Source: Dirinaria sp. TL-2023a
Taxonomy: Eukaryota
Reading direction: 5' to 3'
DNA: 42,847 bases
NCBI GenBank assembly: GCA_051941275.1
Contig: JAVEBF010000034.1
Location: forward strand, 1 to 42,847
The notes under the pieces were generated by a model that saw only the letters and a list, made by a program, of their open reading frames with translations, ran no database searches and had not been told where the DNA came from. Numbering within the stretch: the first letter of the stretch is position 1; the number at the start of each line of letters is the position of its first letter. Position numbers and translations under genes: made by a program. Shown here piece after piece: positions 24,486 through 37,258 of this stretch.

Positions 24486-25626
24486 TTAATCGAGATAATT
24501 ATGTAATTATCTATGGGAATGCTTGATGTATATGACAGAGACCTCTTTTGATAATCCGTGAAGTTGTAAATCATCGCAAGACAGAAGTTTAAAAGGTATA
24601 GACCCATGGTAATCACCATAACTGATGCGAAGAGCCTTGCAAAGTAAAAAGAGTTGCGCGCCAAAGCCGGAGGTACAAGAGGGGATCCACGATATTTGGT
24701 AGGTTGAGTAGCAGAGTGCTACTGCAAGGCTTCTTCGCTTCGCAAACTTCTTATCGCACTTTAGACTAATCAATCTCCACCTTTTCCACCAGACACGTAA
24801 ATATGCAGTCGAGGTCAAGCCAGCGGCAGATACCAAGCCGGCTGTCGACCTAGATTCGCGTCCGTTAGAAAATCCCTAAATCAAAGATCAAGTGCTCAGT
24901 AAACATGGGGTTGGTAAGCTAAATAGCGAATGCACAAAACTTCGCCATAAGCGCTCGTAATTGCGAGAATTTGGGGAAAAGATGATGGATCGGGAGCAGC
25001 GATCAAAGGCACAATGTTTGATGTTCTTGACGTTTGTGGCACGCTTTGAGGCTGTCGGACTGCTGCCAGATTGCTGAACAAAACGATCCGAAAATCCCAG
25101 AAAGAATTCCTATGGTAGAGTCTTAGTCCCTAATGTTGCGACAGGAAGCTCTGCGCAGTACATTCGTATAAAAGAATGCATGTACTGTATCGCAGTCTTG
25201 TCAGGTACTAGAGAAATCACAGTGTCAGGTAAAATGTCGCAGTCTGGACCATCCTGAGAATCTCCTGTTGAAGTCTGCGTCACTAATATCAAGATAGGAT
25301 TAGAGTATAGTATATTTACGTCGTGTCGAGAACGCTTGAAAAATTAGATCTCGGCGTTTCAGCCATCAGCGACCAACTCATAAATGAAGGTAAATGTCTG
25401 CGCTAATCGCAATAGGTCTATTGACTGATGTGGGATACACGATCAAAGCTGAGTCTCCATTCCCAACAGATATGACTGATACACAACATTCAACACAACA
25501 AGACATAATGACCTCATTAGTGAGCGAACGGCAGAAGAGCACCGTATAGCCCTATCAGTGGGAACCCTCGGGCTTCTCCATCCATCATTGAGTGTGATTC
25601 TTCAACTGACAGTCGACGACTTTAGA

Positions 25627-27449
25627 TCAATGTAATATCCAGTGATCGCCCTTTTGAGCATATAACTCATCCACGACGCTTTCATAGCGCTTCAAAGTCT
25701 CCGCACGTCTTATAGTACCTTTGGCCGTAAAACTCATAGGTTGATCATGATCGAGTACGTGAATATGCGACTTCGAGATCTGCGTCTCCCGCCTGTAATC
25801 TTTGTTCGCTTCCTGCACCAGAGGCCAGACACCATCGACGAGATCGTCCTTCTCGTTGACTGAAAGCCTTGCATGATTCACTGGTTCAATGAGAAGCGCT
25901 GATTGAAGTCTTGCTGTACCTATCATTAATGCTGCACGTACATCTGGATACCGCGAAACCGATAGCTCCATTGAATCAGGGCTACATAGCCGGGTGTTTT
26001 TGAGGACGAGTACATTATCCTTTCTCCCTTTGTAAGTCCAAAGACCTGGTCGCGATGGATGCTGAGCAAACAAGTCTTTGGTTGAATACTCTGTGAGATC
26101 TGGAAACATTTTGAAGACGGGCTGTTCGACTTTCAAGTCAGACTTTCTAACTAGTATAGCTTCGCAGACGCCAGTCTCATTGTCCACAGCTCGGAAATCG
26201 ATACCTAGCTCCGGTTGTGGACGGATATAGTTCCATTCGTCTGCGGGCCATTTGCCTGATGGGTAGATTGTAGGGAATGAAGCTGTCTCCGTCGCGCCGT
26301 ATATATCGAACAACTGGGTCCTAGAGGTGAAAGCCTCGCCTGCAGTTTTTGAGATATCTGCACCACCGTACGTGACAACTTTGATATTTTTCGTGACGAA
26401 TTCGAGCATCTCCGGATCTGCGGCAATACTTTCCAGAGACGGCGGGTCAAGAACAGCAGCATCGACATGGACATGTTTGAGAGCTTCAACAATAACTTCA
26501 GCACAGGGCAAAATTTCCGCTGGTAGCGTGACAATAGCCGACTGATTTGCGATTGCGTTGATCAAGGTGCTAAAAAGGTTCGCGGCCTAAATTCTAGTCG
26601 TGAGCGAAGTTCCCGAAACAAAGATATCGGATGAATCGAGGTATGGTAAAGACTATCTCGTCCTATAGCTTACATGAGAGAATAGTGCTGTCACGAGCGT
26701 CCGGCTGGGCCTCATAATGCTCATGTGGCTTTCAAATCCAGGCGGTGGTGGAAGTCGGCACCATGCGATGTAGCTTGCTACAAAGTCGTGCGTGTAGACT
26801 CGTACTTTGGGTGGGCCTGTTGTCCCTGAAGAGTGTACGGCGCATAGCGGTTCCGTTTTGGCTTCGGCGAAATTTTTGCTATATGGAAACGGTCGATAAT
26901 CACCTTGAAGCAACTCGTACAAACTGGGGCTGTCAATCACTCTAAGAGCGCGGACTTCGAGGATACTTTTGACTGGCGCCGACTTGAGGCGGGAAGGTGT
27001 AAGTAGTATGCTGCATTCACCGGCCTCGAGAATACTGAGATGATAATCGACGCTATTATACGGGGAGACTGACAGAATCTAGCCCAAGTACGTGAGTGCA
27101 CCGATTGCATGCTAAAGTACAGCCACGAGCAAACCTTGTATCCAGCTTTTGCCGCCCCAAGGATCATAATAACGTACGTCAGATCATTAGGGCCAATGTA
27201 CGCGACGGCATCATGGTTTACGCCTTTCCCCAGCTGATGATGCAACAACCAGGCAACGCCATTGACTGCATTTGCCAAGTCCCTGTAGCTCACGCTTATA
27301 TACCCTTGATTGAATGTTGTAGGTGATGCAGGAACTTTGGCGTACAAAGCATCGGGCCTGGTATTTGCCATCCTGTCAACCATATTCGGTAGCAGCTCTG
27401 TATCAGGATGTGCAATGTTCATGGCTTCCGGAACTCCAAATGCAGTCAT
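25627..27449 (-). CDS. Stand-alone adenylate-forming enzyme (A domain of the fungal NRPS-like/carboxylic acid reductase type, no T or R domain; ~559 aa)
   Basis: Exons 27449-27135, 27078-26674, 26586-25627. Motifs SYRDLANAVN, YIGPNDL, HSSGTTGPPK (A3), YGATET (A5), TKDLF (A7), GRKD (A8) and TAKGTIRR (A10). The stop comes shortly after DELY. Confidence 0.88.
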
Positions 27450-28105
27450 CTTAGTGATCGAAGTAAAAGCTGTCCCTGGGTTTGTGACACTGGAAATATG
27501 GGATGTTGGATGCACTTTAGGGATTATCTCAGAGGGCGTGTGAAAGCTTCCCGTCTACGTGCAATAACCGACCCAGACGGTCTGATGATATCCTACCTTT
27601 ATATTCTAGAGTTACGTAAGTTTCCCATCAGATTTCAGAAGCCCATACGTCGTGTTTCTTTGATGACTATGATGTAAGTCCGCATTGAGTACAGCCGTCA
27701 TCACTCTAGGACTGCCTGTGACTCGTGCAGCCCCGGCAGAACTGAGCGGAAGAATTCTTTGAACGCCATTGGCCGCTGTAGTCTAGATCTGACCCATGAC
27801 CCGAAGTCGTGAACGAGGATTTCTCGATTCGAAAACCGATACAGGGATGGTGTCGGGTCAGTCTGTCATCTTTTTGGCTGAAGAAACAACAGCGAAGGAC
27901 CACGGCCGAGTCAGTCCGCAAACAGATGACTCGCGGACGCCTAATACGCTGGAAGGCTTGTTCGAACAAGGTCTAAAGCCGGGTCTAAGATATGCAATCA
28001 ATCGCCAATCTTTCTACGTGACCATTCAATTCCCCATCGGGTACAGCCAGCAGCATCTTGGTTTTAATACGCTATCTCTGCGCCTATCGGTTTATCTTGC
28101 TTTTC

Positions 28106-31100
28106 TCAATCCTTACCTTCCCGAATCAATTCCTTGCCCACCGGATTGAATTCTGCCGCTATTTTACCCCCAAGGTGCTCTATACTTGCGCTGTTCATGA
28201 TCACCATCAATGGCACTCTCGCGTCCAAGTCACGCGCTATCCAGTTCCTGAACTCGACTGCTACAAGGGAGTCAAGCCCATAGGCGACGACTGGCTTCGA
28301 ACTCTCGATATCCTCCTTCGATAGCATAAGCAAACTCGCCAATTTGTCAATCAACGCTTCCACGATAATCCCTGTGGCTGAAGCAACCGACGAGGCAGCC
28401 TTCAGGAGTTGTCGGACAGGTATAGCACCCTCTGTAGAAGTACTACTAGAGGCGGACAACGACTGAATTTTATGCAGGACATGGGCGAATTTAGGATCAT
28501 CAAACCAGACGGGAAGGGGTCTGTCCGGTAAGAGCTTGAGCCCGGTGATGGTCTGTCGATAATCTTGACAGTGAGGATTCATTATGGCGGCTTTGACCAG
28601 AGCATGAAGCTCGCGCTCTGACAGGCTGTCATGTGTTACCTTGCTGATCTCTGCGCGTCGGTCGACATTCTCGGCAACATATCCCACACTTTCAACAACT
28701 CCGATATCGATTGCGCAGGCGGCTAGACCAAGGCGTTGCCGGTATGCAGCAAAAGAATCGAGAAAGCAGTTTGAAGCCGCGTAGGCGGTCTGCCCGGGAT
28801 TGCCCAGGAAGCCAGACAAAGACGCGAGAATGACGAAGAAATCTAACGGAGAGGCGGAAAGATTGTTGTGGAGGTTCCAGGCACCGTTGACTCTGGGCAT
28901 TATGTTTAGTGTCCAGTCCTCATAGGAGATTGTGTCAAATAATGCATCTCTGAGGGCCATTGCTCCATGAATGACGCCACGAATGGGCGGCAAATTGAGC
29001 TGACATTCCTCAACAAGACGTTGAACTTGACAATTATCAGCGATATCGCATGCTTTGACCACTACGTTGGCATCAAAAGCTTTTGCTTCGTCGATGAGTT
29101 CCGTTATGCCTCGTTGATTCATGCCGCTGCGTGAGGCGAGAACGATGTTCTTCGCCCCTTGACCGACAAGCCATCTGCTGATTGATCTACCTAAGCCGCC
29201 AGTGCCTCCTGTGATAAGATAGGAAGCATCCGCCGAAATGTTGGTGTTTGGCGGAGGTACTGGTAAAGCCTGTCAGACTATTAGCTTGGTTGTTCGCAAT
29301 TCATATAGTGAAGAAAGTACCGGTACTATATCTTCCGAAGTGACTTCGACAACTAATTTGCCCAAGTGTTTCCCTGTTTGCATCATCCGCATGCCTTGGC
29401 TAATTTGAGACATGGGTATGGTCCTAATAGGGGTTATAGGTCTAATCGTCTTATTTCGATGTAATTCCATGACATCTCTAAGCATCCGTCCCACGATTTG
29501 AGGCTTGAATTTTAGCAGCGCGCCGAGGTCTACACCAATGAAAGATACTGCGTCTGCAAACTTCTCCATGCCAATTTTAGAATTTTGAACAATGTCCCAC
29601 TTTCCAAGTTCGAAAAATCGACCGAATGGTGCGAGACATTGCCAGGATGATTGAAGGATATCACCCGTGGTGGAGTTTAGGATGATGTCAACTCCTCTTT
29701 GGCTTGTTCTGCTCATCAACTCTTTTGAAAAGGCAGTATCGCGACTAGAGAAAATGTGATCTTGCGGTATGGCGTACATCTCCATCAAAAGATTTCGCTT
29801 TTCGATCGAGCTCACTGTTGCGTAGATTTCCGCTTTGGCATTCTGAGCAAGCATGATAGCTGCCTGACCCACCCCGCCAGCAGCTGCGTGTATCAATATT
29901 GACTCACCTTCGCAGATATTTCCCATCTTGACTAAGGCGTATAGTGCCGTGCAGAATACTATAGGTATTGACGCTGCTTCAGAGAATGTCATATCGTGCG
30001 GCATTCTTACGACTTTTGAGCTCTTCACTCGAACGGAAGAACCATAAGCGCCTTCTGCCATTCCACAGACGCTGTCGCCAACCTTGATTTCGGAAACCTC
30101 AGATCCTATCGCGGTAACAACACCACTACACTCGAGACCAGGGTCATGGTAGTAAGGTATCTGTCCAAGGCTAATCATGACATCTTTGAAATTCATGCCA
30201 GTCGCTTTGACAGATATCTCGATCTCGTCATTCGATAGAGGAAGCTGTTCAGCAAGATTGGTTTCGAAATAGATACTGTCGAGGAGGCCTATTTGACCAA
30301 TCTTCATCTTTAGTGGTCGCTCTTGAATCAAATGCTCTGGCTCCGGCACAGACGGACGAGTTTCTCTGACAATATAGTCATCTTTGCTCTGATCTTCCAA
30401 CATGCGTGGTATGTGCAGCATGCCATCGATTTCCCGGAACTCCATATCTACCACAGGACTCAGTCTCTCCGGGTCAAACACGTAATCAGCCACCTTTAAG
30501 ATGATCTCTGCAGTCTCTTGGTCGGAGAGTAAGGTCTCAGCATCAAAGTCGATGGTTGAAAATTGAAGACCAGCGTTCTCGGACCTGATTGACCTTGCCA
30601 CGCCAGCAACCATGTTGGCTATGGGATACTGGGATGAAGCACCACGAACGACCCAGAGAATCCCTCGCGCTGATTGGAAAGTGCTCTTCATTTTTTGCAG
30701 GCCCGATTCGTCGATGTCCAGCCAAAAGGAGTCCTCCATCGCTACCACGATTGCGTATTTGTCGTCCAAATTAGTTTTCAGCAGGTGCTCAACGGAGATT
30801 GGTTGAGCAGCTCGGGCACTTATTAGGCGAGACAAGATCTCGCTTGGTGCCTTGAGCTCGCGCATTTGAGGCTGGACGAGGCTGAGAACTGGTGAGGCGG
30901 CCGTTTGGTCTGGTTTTGCTGTCGCTAACATAACGCTACCAAGGCTGTGTCCATCACCATTGATCTGCATACTCCCATCCACTCTCGAGAATCCATTTGC
31001 ACCGAGAACATCATTCCACTGCTGTTCATTGAGAAACGGTTTGTCGCGGCGTTCAGGCTCCTCTCCAAGCCACCATCCTGCATTTGAAGCACAAGGTGTC

Positions 31101-34100
31101 AGTCCATGTCCGTAACCCTCAAGATATACGCGCGTTGCAGCAGACTCAAGCTTCTAAGCACAGACATTCCAATCAAGTAAGGGCCTCGTAGGTAGATAGC
31201 TAAAAAAGCATCTGGCATTGCAGGTCGCGCTGAGTAGGGAATTGCGATACTAGGCCTTTGGGGTTTTAGCTTACCTGGTAGAGTACCAAAAATCATGAGA
31301 TTTGTGAGCAGCTGCGCTGTAATCTCGGCAATAATGATTTTGCCACCTGGCTTCAATAACCGGCGGACGTTGCGTATCGTATTGGCCATGTTGGCCGTAG
31401 CATGAAGAACATTGGCGGCCACAACGAGATCATATGATTCACGTTGAAAACCTTGGTCCAAAGGATCTTCCTCTATATCTAGCTTACGGTAGCCTAGGCG
31501 AAAACGTCAGCGATCCTTATTTTGAGCGCTCAAGTATATTGTGGGCATTCTCGGAATTAGTATAGTAGCTTACTGATTCTATCCGCCCATTCCATCTGTT
31601 CAGCTCTTGCGCTTTCAAAGAAGCCTGCCGAAACGTCAGTAAAGTCGAAGTAAGCGAATCTTTGGCCCAGCGTATGCAGAATTGGCATTGTTGCGCCGCC
31701 TGTACCAGCTCCCAGCTCAACGATTCGCATATTGGGATTCTCGCATGCTAACTTGTCGGCAATAGATGTAGTGCACGCGTAGAACCACATTCCCCAATTA
31801 TGCTCACGATAATAGGACTTGAGCATGTTGTCTTGCACCATCATCGAAAGGGGCTCAACTTCGCCCTTAAGAACAGAGGATAGGTCACGGCCCATACTAC
31901 ACACCAGGCGGCCGCAAGCACCAGAGGATTCTAGGTCACGAAGGAACTCGTTGTTCTCAGCCTCTCCAGACTCGACCCACTGCGCGTTCCGGAAGACCAA
32001 ATTCTTTTGATTGCTTTCTCCCATCAGAGTAGACAATGTCCTGTAGAGCTTTTGGTGGTGTGGTGAAAGCATTTCGGCTTCTTCTGCTGTAACATTTTCG
32101 AGTGTTGATTTGATGAGGATAAAAGCAGCTCTCTCGTGATTCTGGAGCTCAGCAATGGGTGCTCTGCAATCCAAGGCGCTGCCAAAGATGTTGTGGAAAT
32201 CTTCAGTCTTAAGTAGGCTAAGATAAGGCTCCCAGCTCAGTTTGTAACAAAGCCCGCGATCATTGGACTTGGTAACGTCGATATTTTGATTCGGTAATCT
32301 TGTCACTACAAGGCCTTCCACCTTGATCAATGGTTCCACTGCAGATTCACTGTCCATGATAAAAAAGGACGCGTGGATATCCGGATCACTCGTGCTGCTC
32401 GTCGGTGATGCTCGCGCATAGCCGTCGAGTCTGTGCCCTGGAGAATTAGGTAGGTTATGACATACAGTGATCTCTTTCACAAAGGTTGGCACATGGATAT
32501 CATCACGTGAGAGATCCCCTGCACCAGCTGCATAATCAACAATTTGAAAGCATGCGTCGAAGGTACCTGGGTGAATGATGTGGATACTCTCGAAGTGATC
32601 GGGCATCATCCCCGCGGTATCAGGTATATTAATTGCACCAGTCGAGTAACCATCAGCAGCGTGAGCGGCTGAGATGTTGCGGAAGGCTGGCCCGAATTCC
32701 AGGCCACCTCTCGAGAATCGTGAATAGATATCGTTGGGAGCCAAAACCCTCTGACATACGCGCTTGCAATTTTGAACAGCGTCTTTGTAAAAATTCGCTT
32801 CTTCTTCAAGCTGTCGCACTCCGCTAATGGGGTTTGGCTCTCTGTCACCCTGGATCACGGTGATCAAACCATGGCAATGCTCTACCCAGCCACCCTCTGA
32901 AGTCCACGAGAAGACGCGAAAACAATTCCAAATACTCGAAACACTTTGAGGACGCATGACAAGCGATACTTCTGTGGCAATGTCATCAGAAAGCATCATA
33001 GAGCGATCAATCCTCACGTCCTGCAACTTATATTGGCTCGCTGCAGTGATGGAACCCTTGTGCAGTACGGCATGTTGGTATGCACCCTCAATGGCCATGG
33101 CTAGATAGCCGGTCAATGGAAAGACAATAGAACCCTGGACCCTATGATCTGACAGCCAGGGAACATCCGAAACACGAAGGATATTTCTCCATCTCGGCTC
33201 TATGTCGTTAAAGTCATCGACAAGACTGCCTAGAATGTCGCTCCGGGGAAAACGCTTACAGCGATGATTGATGCTTAGTCGAGACTCATGCCAGTGTCGC
33301 TTGCTATGATTCCATGGATATGCTGGTAGATCCGTCAAGAACCTCGGAAGAAGCAAGTCGAAGTGATTTATGGCGTCGAAGTTGAGTCTGCAGCCCATCA
33401 TGAACAGTTTCGACGCTAGAGAAAGCATCGTAAAGTCTGCATCTTGGCCCCGTACCAAGCTAGGGAGATATTGTACCCTTGACACCTCCTGGGGCACACT
33501 TTTTAAGATGTCACGTATTGAAGACTCCAACGTGGAATGTGGTCCGATTTCGACGAGTACATCTGGACCTCGACTTTCACCCTCACTGTACATACTCTGA
33601 ACAGCGTCCATAAATTGAACTGGGCTTGTCATATTTTCAACCCAGTAACCAGCGTCGAGCGAATTTGTTTCAACCAGATGGCCTCGGACTGAGGAGTAAA
33701 AGCGAGCACCACGAACCTGACGAGGCTCGATGGCCTTAATTGAGTCGAAATACTCCGTTGAGATTTCATTCATGTGGGGCGAATGATAGGCAACGTCTAC
33801 TTTCAATCGTCGGTTCAAAAGACTTTCTTGCTCCGTAATAGTTTGAAGCCTCGATATGCCACGTTCATCACCGGAAGCAGTGATAATTGATGGAGCGTTG
33901 ACGCAAGCAATAACCACTTGCGCCGATCCTAATCTGTCGATCATTGGCCGGACTTGAGCAGGGGACGCACCAACAGCAAGCATCCCTCCAGGCCGCTCGG
34001 ATTTGTTGGCGAGAAGTCTCTCCGCAAGCGCGCCACGTTGGAATGCGACGAGTAAACAAGACCGTGCAGAGAGTGCGCCAGCTGCGTAGGCAGCTGCAAT

Positions 34101-36533
34101 CTCTCCACTGGAATGTCCGACCACAGTTGTTGGCTGAATAGCCCAGGATGAGAGTAAAGACACTAAGGCGATCTGAACAGCGGTCGTGGCAGGCTGACTG
34201 ATATAGGGTCGATTTACGAAGGATGACTCGCTATCCTTTTGGAGTTCATCTTCCAGATGTTAGTATCTCCATACCAATCAAGCAGCCGTTCACTAACCCA
34301 GCAGCGACCATGTTGCGCCAAACTCCTTGAGGTACATATCCGACATATACATTGATTGCGCAAAGGTTGGATACGAGTTGAGCTCCCGACCCATGGCATG
34401 CCATTGAGCACCTTGGCCTGTAAATACAAAACCCAAGGATGGCTTTCCGGAAGGCTTTATCGGCTCTGCGGAGTTGCAAGATAAAAGTGCACTTAGTTCA
34501 CTTGGCGTTGCTGCAACTACCGCCTCTCTCCAGTCTAATATTGATCGTCGTTGACTCAAGGTGAAGGCCAGGCGTTCCATAAGTGCCGCTTCCCGGTAAT
34601 TGGGCTTGGCTTGAGCAAGATATAATGCTGAGAACATCAACCTACGGTCAGCAAATTGATGCTTTTAGACACGGATGCCAGAGTGAAATTACCAATATCC
34701 TCAAGAGAACGTTTTAGTGAAGTTTTGTCGCGGGCACTGAAAACGAACAGACGTCTCCTCGATTTCCCAGGATCCTCGTCGGATTCAGATGTCAACTTGG
34801 AGTCATCACCAGGATAAGGAAGATTGATGTGGCAACTATCGATCCCATTGATATGAGTGAAATTGTTCTTCAGAGTATGCTGTTCGAGGATGACGTGGAC
34901 GTTTGTGCCTAGAGACACTGATTAGCGGGTAGCGAATCACACCAAAAGAAGCTGACCTCCAAATCCAAAGTTACTGATAGAAGCTCGACGTATTTGGGAC
35001 GTTGGCCAAGTTTGAAGTGAGGTCGGGACCTTGTATGATAAGCCTAGTCATTGATAATATCTTGAGGCGTACCTTCAACTTCCAATCACTCAATGGAATA
35101 TCTGGATTGGGGGATTTGAAATTGATATTCGGAGGAATAACACCATTTTCCAATGCGAATATGACCTTAACCATCGCGGTCAAGCCGCTCGCTGCTTCCA
35201 AATGTCCAATATTAGTCTTAACAGATCCAATTACTAAAGGCTCATCGATTGATCGACCGTTGCCAAAAACCTTAGAGATCGCCTCTGCTTCTACAGGATC
35301 GCCCGCTGCAGTACCTGTGCCATGAGCCTCGACATAACTTGTTTCGATGGGCTTCAAACCCGCTGCTTGGTAGGTTTCATCCATCAGCTTTGCTTGAGCT
35401 TCACAACTTGGATAAGTAATGCCGTTTGTTCTACCATCTTGATTGACGCCTGTATTCCGGATAACGGCTCGAATGTTGTCGGAATCGTGTATTGCAGCAT
35501 CAAGCGGCTTTAACAGAACACCCACGACTCCTTCACCGCGACCGTATCCCGCTGCTCTAGAGTCAAATGTAAACGACTTGCCCTCAGAGCCAAAGAGTCT
35601 AGAAAGAATCAGTATATGCCGCAATACGACGCCCGTGGACTTGCTTGAGCATGCTCATTCCCACCATAACGTCCGGGCTAAGCATTATATGTGCACCGCA
35701 GACGATGGCTTGGCTGCTCTCGCCTGTTCGCAGACTTTGACACGCTGTGTGGAGGGCGGCCAGGCTGGACGAGCAGGCGGTGTCCATAGTTATACTCGGG
35801 CCCTTTAGATTGAACGCATAGCTTATTCTATTGGAGAGTATGTTGGCGGATGTGCCAGTGGACTGATAGACTGGGAGATGCTCAACATCCTTATACATAA
35901 GGTTTTGATAATCGATCTGTGAGGCTCCGACGTAGACACCCGTAGAAGTGCCCGCAATCCTTTCAAGGGCCACACCACCTAGGTACTCCGCAGTTAGCGA
36001 ACTCTATTAGCTTCGTTATATCCAACTACTCACCGTTTTCAAGCGCTTCATATACGACTTCAAGTAGTAGCCGCTGTTGGGGATCCATGGCCTTGTGTAT
36101 AGATCAGTACTGGACTCGTATGGACTTTGTACGCTCACTTTTGCTTCATTTGGGGTGATGCTAAAAAATGGGGCATCGAAAAGCCCAACGTCGTCTTTCA
36201 GAAAGTGGGCACCTGCAAAGTTGAACTATCATTTACTTGAGCCAACGTTGTACGAGAGCCTATATCTTTGGCTGAACTAACAGTTCCACTCTTGGAGGGG
36301 TTCGGATGAAAGTATGCTTTGGGATTCATTCGATGTTCCGGGATCTCGGACCACGCTGATTCACTGCGGCAGCACATTTCCCACAGCTTTCGGGGGTTTG
36401 TTGCTTCGCCAGGGAATCGGCCAGCGATACCAACAACAGCAATGGGCATTATTGCAGCTACTCTGGCCGGATCAGTCGAAAGATGCTCCGTATTCTGGCG
36501 CTGCTGTCCATTGATAGTATGGGTTGAAGGCAT
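28106..36533 (-). CDS. Highly reducing iterative type I polyketide synthase KS-AT-DH-cMT-ER-KR-ACP (~2563 aa, 12 exons)
   Basis: KS DTACSSS, EAHGTGT, NIGHLE; AT GHSSGE, AYHS; DH HRVQGSIVFP, FDACFQ; cMT ELGAGTGG, NVLHAT; ER NFKDVM, HAAAGGVG; KR TGGTGGLG, LRD, YAASN; ACP GLDSL. Introns 36281-36226, 36138-36092, 36033-35979, 35644-35599 (GC-AG), 35072-35030, 34956-34909, 34692-34628, 34297-34250, 31573-31494, 31274-31078, 29320-29270 give 7692 coding nt. Confidence 0.96.
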
Positions 36534-37258
36534 CACGCGCTGTGTGATCAATGACTTTTCCAACTGCTGGGACGAAATATATCGTAGAATAATAATCAAC
36601 AAGGTTTTGGATTATACTGTCAGACACATGACCAAGTAGGGGGTTATGGCCTGGTTCATATAACCGAACAGTAAGAACGCCTTGTTGGAACAACACGTGA
36701 AGGGAGTTGATATCGAGAATTAAGTGCCAAACATACGGCCTTAATACGTCAAATACAAAGACTTATACAATTGGGACACGTCTTGCAAGAATACTCAGAA
36801 CTCGCAGAGACCCTTGAAGGGTGCTAAATCGAGAATGCACCAAGAAAAGTCATATAGCAGGTGTGGGTCCCACCCAAGCCCCGTCTGAAGATTTAGACAT
36901 AGTAGCATGATAGATGATTAGCGGAAATATAACCTAGTGAGAAACTTAAAGTTAGTAGAAATAGTTGTTGACGTATGGATTAGGAGACGATATCGTATAA
37001 TTCATGCAATGGCGGAGATGACCGGCCTATTCTTACGATATCCGAGTTTCTCCGATCAATGCTTGACTGGATAAAACTTGTCAGCTACAGCGCAAGCAAA
37101 AGATAAAGAATTTTGACGCATTGAATACTTAGGCTTTTACGGGCTAGCACGATCTAAATCTGCGGCACGGTGAATAGCCTAAATTACATAATTCATTGGA
37201 ACCAGAGTCTCGTTGACGGCTTGTATAGAACAACCAAGTATTACTCGACGAACGCTTG

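Noticed and set aside
25300..25626. Downstream T/R domains reached by frameshift or intron from the A domain
   Set aside because: I found no GxDSL or TGxTGxLG motif in the minus-strand frames examined.
28106..36533. PKS as a fragmented pseudogene, and its antisense ORFs as genes
   Set aside because: All breaks are explained by 11 introns that give one continuous frame; the antisense ORFs are shadows of coding sequence.
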